Shown here: positions 59,127-64,000 of the stretch, piece by piece
Position numbering within the stretch: the stretch's first letter is position 1
Layout: every line of letters begins with the position of its first letter
Origin: Fibrobacteria bacterium
GTDB lineage: Bacteria; Fibrobacterota; Fibrobacteria; UBA11236; JADFYW01
DNA length: 64,000 bases
Reading direction: 5' to 3'
NCBI GenBank assembly: GCA_050294405.1
Contig: JBNKOC010000028.1
Coordinates: 320,001-384,000, forward strand
Made by a program: the position numbers and the translations under genes
The notes under the pieces: model-generated
Databases searched by the model: none
Told to the model about the DNA's origin: nothing
What the model saw: only the letters and a program-made list of their open reading frames with translations

Positions 59127-59374
59127 GTGAAGATGTAAAACAAAAAGTCCGCGCCTTTATTGTGGAAAATTTTTTGTTTGGTGACGACCAGGGTCTAAAG
59201 GACGATACCTCCTTTTTAGACGATGGCATCAGTGATTCCACAGGAATTTTAGAACTGGTGAACTTTATTGAAGAAGAATTTGAAATTAAAGTAGAGGACG
59301 ATGAATTGGTCCCCGAAAATTTGGATTCCTTAAATAATGTTACAGCTTATTTGACTAAAAAAACTGCAGCTTAA
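59123..59374 (+). CDS. Acyl carrier protein
   Basis: 83 aa, acidic, GISDSTGILELV phosphopantetheine site, PENLDS. Confidence 0.93.
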   Translation: MSEDVKQKVRAFIVENFLFGDDQGLKDDTSFLDDGISDSTGILELVNFIEEEFEIKVEDDELVPENLDSLNNVTAYLTKKTAA

Positions 59375-59430
59375 GCTTAAGGGAGCTATCCCTTTGCTTT
59401 TAATCACAATATTTAATTGGGAACAGCGCC

Positions 59431-60993
59431 ATGGCCAGTGATTTTAAATTGGTATTCCAATTTGTGGAAAAACACGCTTTGGAAAAACCAGATAGTTTGG
59501 CTGCAGTTACCGACTCCGGGAAATACAGCTATGCCCAATTAGACAAAGCCTCTAATCAATTGGCAATGCTCTTATTGGAAAAGGGCTTGGACAAGGGAGA
59601 CAGAGTTGGCATTTTAATGGAAAATAGCCTGGAATACCTAGCCAGTTACCTGGGGGTTCAAAAAGCTGGTGGCGTAGCGGTTCCCTTAAATACAGACTTA
59701 AAGCCGGACAAGTACATAGCCCTTATTGAAGATATTACGCCCCGCGCCATTTTATCCCACACAAAACTGGAACGCAAACTAAAAGCCATACCCTGGGGAG
59801 ACATAAAACCCGAATACCTTGTGGTTCATAACATGAAGCTCAACTGGGGTGAATATCCAATTTCCGGACTATTTAATTGGCAATTGGATTGTGATTATTC
59901 GGAGAAAGTTAATTTGGAAAACCCATTGGGTGAATCTGATTTGGCTAACATAATATTTACCTCTGGGTCCACAGGCGTTCCCAAGGGTGTGATGTTAACC
60001 CATAAAAATATTGTTTCCAATACCTTATCCATTTGCGAGTATTTAAAATTAACTCCGGAAGATAAACAAATGGTAGTGTTGCCATTTTTTTATGTGATGG
60101 GACAATCCCTTATGAATAGCGCCTTTTGTTCCGGGGGAAGTATTGTTATCAATAACAAATTTGCCTATCCTGCTACAGTGGTACAGCAAATGATTGATGA
60201 GAAAGTAACGGGTTTTGCCGGGGTACCATCAACCTATGCCTATTTGCTAAATCGTTCCCCCTTTGAAGCCAGCTGTAAAGATATGCCTACCCTTCGTTTT
60301 TGCGCTCAAGCTGGCGGGCACATGTCCGGCAAAATTAAAAAACAATTATTGGAAATTTTGCCCAATCCCCATTCTTTGTGGATTATGTATGGGGCCACGG
60401 AAGCTTCAGCAAGGCTTGCTTATGTTCCAGCTGAAAAGTTAATGGATAAACTGGATTCCATTGGAATACCCATACCCGGAGTTCAATTAAGCGTTCTAGG
60501 GCCCAAAGGTGAAGAGCTTGCGGAGAATGAAACGGGAGAAATTGTAGCTCGGGGGCCAAACATAATGCAGGGCTACTGGGGGGATAGTAAAACCACGGCT
60601 CAAGTTTTAGATGATAAAGGGTATCACACGGGTGATATGGGTTTTAAAGATAGCGACGGTTTCTTTTTTGTAACGGGAAGGAAAGATTCTCTGTTAAAAG
60701 TAGGCGGACATCGGGTAAACCCCATTGAAATTGAGGATAACATTGCCGAAACGGATATGGCTATGGAATCTTGTGTGATGGGGATTGAAGATGCTTTGTT
60801 GGGTAATAAGTTAGTGGCCCTGGTGACCCCGGTTAGCGAAGAGTTGAGCCCCAAGGATTTGGCGGCGGCTCTGGGTAAAAAGCTTCCTTCATTTAAAATG
60901 CCGGGAGAAATCCGCTTCACTAAAAATTTGCCTAAAAATGCCAATGGAAAACTGGACAGAAAAGCTTGTTTGGAGCTATTTCTGGGCTCTTGA
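59431..60993 (+). CDS. AMP-dependent acyl/aminoacyl ligase (ANL superfamily)
   Basis: FTSGSTGVPKG, YGATEA, HTGD, GRKD, LPKNANGKLDR. Confidence 0.95.
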   Translation: MASDFKLVFQFVEKHALEKPDSLAAVTDSGKYSYAQLDKASNQLAMLLLEKGLDKGDRVGILMENSLEYLASYLGVQKAGGVAVPLNTDLKPDKYIALIEDITPRAILSHTKLERKLKAIPWGDIKPEYLVVHNMKLNWGEYPISGLFNWQLDCDYSEKVNLENPLGESDLANIIFTSGSTGVPKGVMLTHKNIVSNTLSICEYLKLTPEDKQMVVLPFFYVMGQSLMNSAFCSGGSIVINNKFAYPATVVQQMIDEKVTGFAGVPSTYAYLLNRSPFEASCKDMPTLRFCAQAGGHMSGKIKKQLLEILPNPHSLWIMYGATEASARLAYVPAEKLMDKLDSIGIPIPGVQLSVLGPKGEELAENETGEIVARGPNIMQGYWGDSKTTAQVLDDKGYHTGDMGFKDSDGFFFVTGRKDSLLKVGGHRVNPIEIEDNIAETDMAMESCVMGIEDALLGNKLVALVTPVSEELSPKDLAAALGKKLPSFKMPGEIRFTKNLPKNANGKLDRKACLELFLGS

Positions 60994-61076
60994 AGCCTAA
61001 CAACGTTTTGAATTAGAAGGGAAAATTGTAAGATAAATGCGATGGAACCCATTTAAATTACCGGAAAGGAGAAGCT

Positions 61077-61907
61077 ATGAATCTTTGGAAATGGGCTTTA
61101 GCGCTTTGTGGACTAGTGTTTTTTGCCTGCGAACCCAAAAATAATACGGGCGCAAATTTGGAACCGCAATTGGAAAAAGTCCCTGAAAATGTTTGGAAAA
61201 AACTCGAGGATAAAAAAATATTCTTTGGCCACCAATCCGTGGGTGGCAACATTATGGCTGGGGTGGAATTACTAGCTAAGGAGGCTGGAGCAAATATCAA
61301 TGTGGTGAATTCCATTGATTCAGCTGAATTTGCAGCCCCGGTTTTTGCCCATGCCAGGATAGGGAAAAACAGAGATCCCATAACTAAATTAAATGCCTTT
61401 AAAGATGTGTTAAACAGTGGCGTGGGAGAAAAGGCCACCACAGCATTTGTAAAATATTGTTATGTGGACTTTGAAGAAAACTCCGACCCTAAACAAGTTT
61501 TTGAACAATACAAAAAGGAAATTTCCGCCATTCAATCTCAATATCCAGATTTGGATATTATCCACCTAACCACTCCCCTTACAACAGTTGGTGAGAGAAC
61601 TTTTAAATGGCGTATTAAAAAACTGCTGGGTCGAGCGGAGGACTTGGGCTTTGCCTATAATGTGAAACGCAATACATACAACGAACTCATTCGTAAGGAG
61701 TACGGCCAAAGTGGCGATTTATTTGATATTGCTGCCATTCAATCTAAATTGCCGGATGGAAATGAAGCCAGTTTTGCATATGAAGGCAATACATATCCGG
61801 CCCTTTGGGAAAAATACACTTATGATGGCGGACATTTATCTGAAACAGGCCAGAAAAAACTTGGCGCAGCCCTTTTAAATTTTTTAGCGCAAAGGAGTGC
61901 CGGTTAA
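61077..61907 (+). CDS. SGNH-like lipoprotein
   Basis: Lipobox FFAC; FGHQSVG and DGGH motifs. Confidence 0.65.
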   Translation: MNLWKWALALCGLVFFACEPKNNTGANLEPQLEKVPENVWKKLEDKKIFFGHQSVGGNIMAGVELLAKEAGANINVVNSIDSAEFAAPVFAHARIGKNRDPITKLNAFKDVLNSGVGEKATTAFVKYCYVDFEENSDPKQVFEQYKKEISAIQSQYPDLDIIHLTTPLTTVGERTFKWRIKKLLGRAEDLGFAYNVKRNTYNELIRKEYGQSGDLFDIAAIQSKLPDGNEASFAYEGNTYPALWEKYTYDGGHLSETGQKKLGAALLNFLAQRSAG

Positions 61908-61908
61908 A

Positions 61909-62337
61909 ATGAGCAAGAAAGACCTGGTTATTGACCATATTGGCATTGTGGTTAAAAATATTGAAAAGGGAATAGAACTCTGGGAAAAAAGTTTTGGCTA
62001 TAAACAAATGACCAATGTTGTAGTCAACACCAGGCAAAAAGTGAAAGTGGTCTTTCTCCAAAAAGAAAATTCCATACAAATAAAATTAATTGAGCCCTCT
62101 GAGCCATCCAGCCCCATTACCGCAAAGGCAAAGATGGGAGGGGGCCTGCATCACCTTTGCTTTCGCAGTCCGGATATGAAAGAAACACTGGTGGAACTGG
62201 AAGGCGATGGAATGAGGGTTTTAGCCCAACCGGAACCTGGAGAGGCTTTTAACAATAACGATATAGCCTTTGTTTTCGCCGGTATGGGGCTTAATGTTGA
62301 GGTGGTGGAGACTACCGAGAGAGCATCCCTTATTTAG
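61909..62337 (+). CDS. VOC family protein (methylmalonyl-CoA epimerase-like)
   Basis: IDHIGIVV, LIEP, GGGLHHLCF, VEVVE; ATG 61909 follows AAGGAG. Confidence 0.88.
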   Translation: MSKKDLVIDHIGIVVKNIEKGIELWEKSFGYKQMTNVVVNTRQKVKVVFLQKENSIQIKLIEPSEPSSPITAKAKMGGGLHHLCFRSPDMKETLVELEGDGMRVLAQPEPGEAFNNNDIAFVFAGMGLNVEVVETTERASLI

Positions 62338-63616
62338 AGTTGCTCGTTAGCTTGTGTTGTAACAAGAGGGCATCCAGCATATATTTGGTGGCCCAGTTAG
62401 GGTAACCCCAGGTCATGTAATCGCCGGTTATGGGAAAAGAACCCGCAATACATCCGTTCATGGAAGGGTTGCTGCTATCCATTTCCTGAACAACTTTTAA
62501 AAAGTTAACTCCTCTATTTGCAGCCTCTAAGTATTCTTTGCCCCCATTGTGTTCATAAAGTCGATAACATACAATGGAAAATTGGGCGCTGCCTGTGAGG
62601 CAAGAACTAAAGCAGCCCGGGCTCCAATCCTCGTAAAATCGCCCATAGTAAAAGCCGTTTTTCTTTTGGGTGGCAATTATTTTTTTAGCGGCTAACTCCA
62701 CGGCATCAATGCCTTTTTGAAAATTATCCAAAAGAGACACTTCTAAAATTCCTTGAAGGCTATAGCCGATTGTATGTAACAATGGGGCTTCGGGAATGGT
62801 GAGGCAGTTTTTGGCTATCCATCCGTTGTCTAGCATTTCACCTAGGGCCGCCTCAATATTTTTCTTGGCGGCATTTATATATTTGCCTTCATTTAAATGT
62901 TGGCCTAACTGATAGAGGGGCCAGGTACATAGGCAATTGTAGGTTTTAATTTTATCGGACTTTACAAAAACCCCGTGGCTTTGGAAATGTCCGTTTTCAT
63001 CTAAGTCGTTTACTAAAAAATCGGCTGCGGCAATAGCTCCCTTTTTTATTTTTTCATTTGGCCTGCGAATAAGGCTATCTGTAAGGCCTTGCAAAACCAT
63101 TCCCGTATTAAAAATAGCGGGAACCTGCTTATCCGCAGAGGTAAGTTTTCCTCCTTGAACCGCGCCGGAAGGCATTTGAATATCGCATTCCCATTCGGCC
63201 ATTTCAAAAGCTTGGTCGGCATAATCGCTTTTTCCGGTAAAATCGGAATATTCATATAGGCTGCGGATGATATATCCAGTAGTTTCCGGGTAGGCGGGTT
63301 CCCAACCTTCCCCAGTTTCACCCTCGCAGGGAAAATACCCATAGCTAGCTCCCTTTCGGGATGTTTTTTCGTGGCATGTTATGAGCCAATTGGCTGCGGC
63401 CTCGGCCCTTTCCAAAGTTTCACCTTCAATTGGCTTTGGCATATCGATGTAATAGTACCAATGTTCCCTAATGATTTTTTTTAAAAACTCCCTGTTGCTG
63501 CCTTTAAAGGCTTCAGCAATGCGGTTTAAGTTTTTGCCTAATCCCCAATATTTTTGTTTTAGGCTGGAACGCTGGTTCCAGTCGGCAATTATCCGCAATG
63601 TTTGTTTAACATCCAT
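62330..63616 (-). CDS. Alpha/alpha-barrel protein (prenyltransferase/terpene-cyclase-like fold) of the kind found in EPS loci
   Basis: YPETTGY, Q.PSGA, FNTGMVL.G, CLTGSAQ, NWATKY motifs. Confidence 0.6.
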   Translation of the reverse strand: MDVKQTLRIIADWNQRSSLKQKYWGLGKNLNRIAEAFKGSNREFLKKIIREHWYYYIDMPKPIEGETLERAEAAANWLITCHEKTSRKGASYGYFPCEGETGEGWEPAYPETTGYIIRSLYEYSDFTGKSDYADQAFEMAEWECDIQMPSGAVQGGKLTSADKQVPAIFNTGMVLQGLTDSLIRRPNEKIKKGAIAAADFLVNDLDENGHFQSHGVFVKSDKIKTYNCLCTWPLYQLGQHLNEGKYINAAKKNIEAALGEMLDNGWIAKNCLTIPEAPLLHTIGYSLQGILEVSLLDNFQKGIDAVELAAKKIIATQKKNGFYYGRFYEDWSPGCFSSCLTGSAQFSIVCYRLYEHNGGKEYLEAANRGVNFLKVVQEMDSSNPSMNGCIAGSFPITGDYMTWGYPNWATKYMLDALLLQHKLTSNSK

Positions 63617-63693
63617 TTCTTAATACCTGCCTGTTTGTTGGCAATAAAAAACAATTTCCCGGTTGGGAGCCAAGGAATTTATAAAATTTTTTC

Positions 63694-63999
63694 TTAGAGC
63701 AGAGCGATTTTTTTAAGGGCCAGAACTCTATTTCCCGCTTTGATTTGAAGCAGGGCGAATCCTGGCTTTAAGCTTGGGTTCTTTTTATCCCAGTCAACAG
63801 ATAAAAGTCCGTGGCCTTCGCGAAGAACGCCGGACAATAATTTTTGACCGCTCATATCCAAAACACTCGCCTCCATAGGAGGAGAATTATCCGGCACCGA
63901 AATCCAGATTTGGGATTTAAGGGAGTGGTTCAGTTGAAGTTGCACGGGCAATTCCTTAAACCCAGTTTTTATAGGTTTTTTATTGCTCACAGGCTGGGC
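63694..63999 (-). CDS. C-terminal T9SS-like sorting tail of a secreted protein (5' part beyond window)
   Basis: Frame open to the window end; VLDMSGQKL..PGFALLQIKAG..LKKIALL. Confidence 0.65.
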   Translation of the reverse strand, partial: AQPVSNKKPIKTGFKELPVQLQLNHSLKSQIWISVPDNSPPMEASVLDMSGQKLLSGVLREGHGLLSVDWDKKNPSLKPGFALLQIKAGNRVLALKKIALL

Positions 64000-64000
64000 T

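Overview
This is a 64 kb gene-dense, AT-rich bacterial window. It is probably from a Fibrobacterota-like (FCB group) polysaccharide degrader, inferred from five secreted proteins ending in T9SS type-A-like C-terminal tails. In order it contains: (i) a very AT-rich Wzx/Wzy surface-polysaccharide locus (1-8.4 kb); (ii) a six-gene TtpB/TtpC-ExbB-ExbD-TonB-TPR motor operon that runs directly into polysaccharide export and modification genes; (iii) xylA with a divergent AraC regulator; (iv) an unusual four-gene operon at 16.8-23.6 kb encoding an HTH-capped tandem OmpA-like protein with peptidoglycan-binding-like inserts, a Cys-His amidase-like/transthyretin-like/PG-binding protein, a caspase-fold protease-like protein and an exported partner, which is the best candidate for an undescribed antagonism or effector module; (v) an ECF42-type sigma/YciI pair; (vi) an oxidative (Weimberg-like) sugar cluster; (vii) GH74, an orphan Tae4 amidase with an exported partner, several secreted CAZyme-like proteins and a 1874-aa repeat surface protein; (viii) a second exopolysaccharide-modification cluster (methyltransferase-kinase fusion, flippase, AsnB, amidotransferase, ACP, AMP-ligase). 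No rRNA, tRNA, CRISPR array or intact transposase was seen. All family calls come from motif recognition by eye, not database searches.
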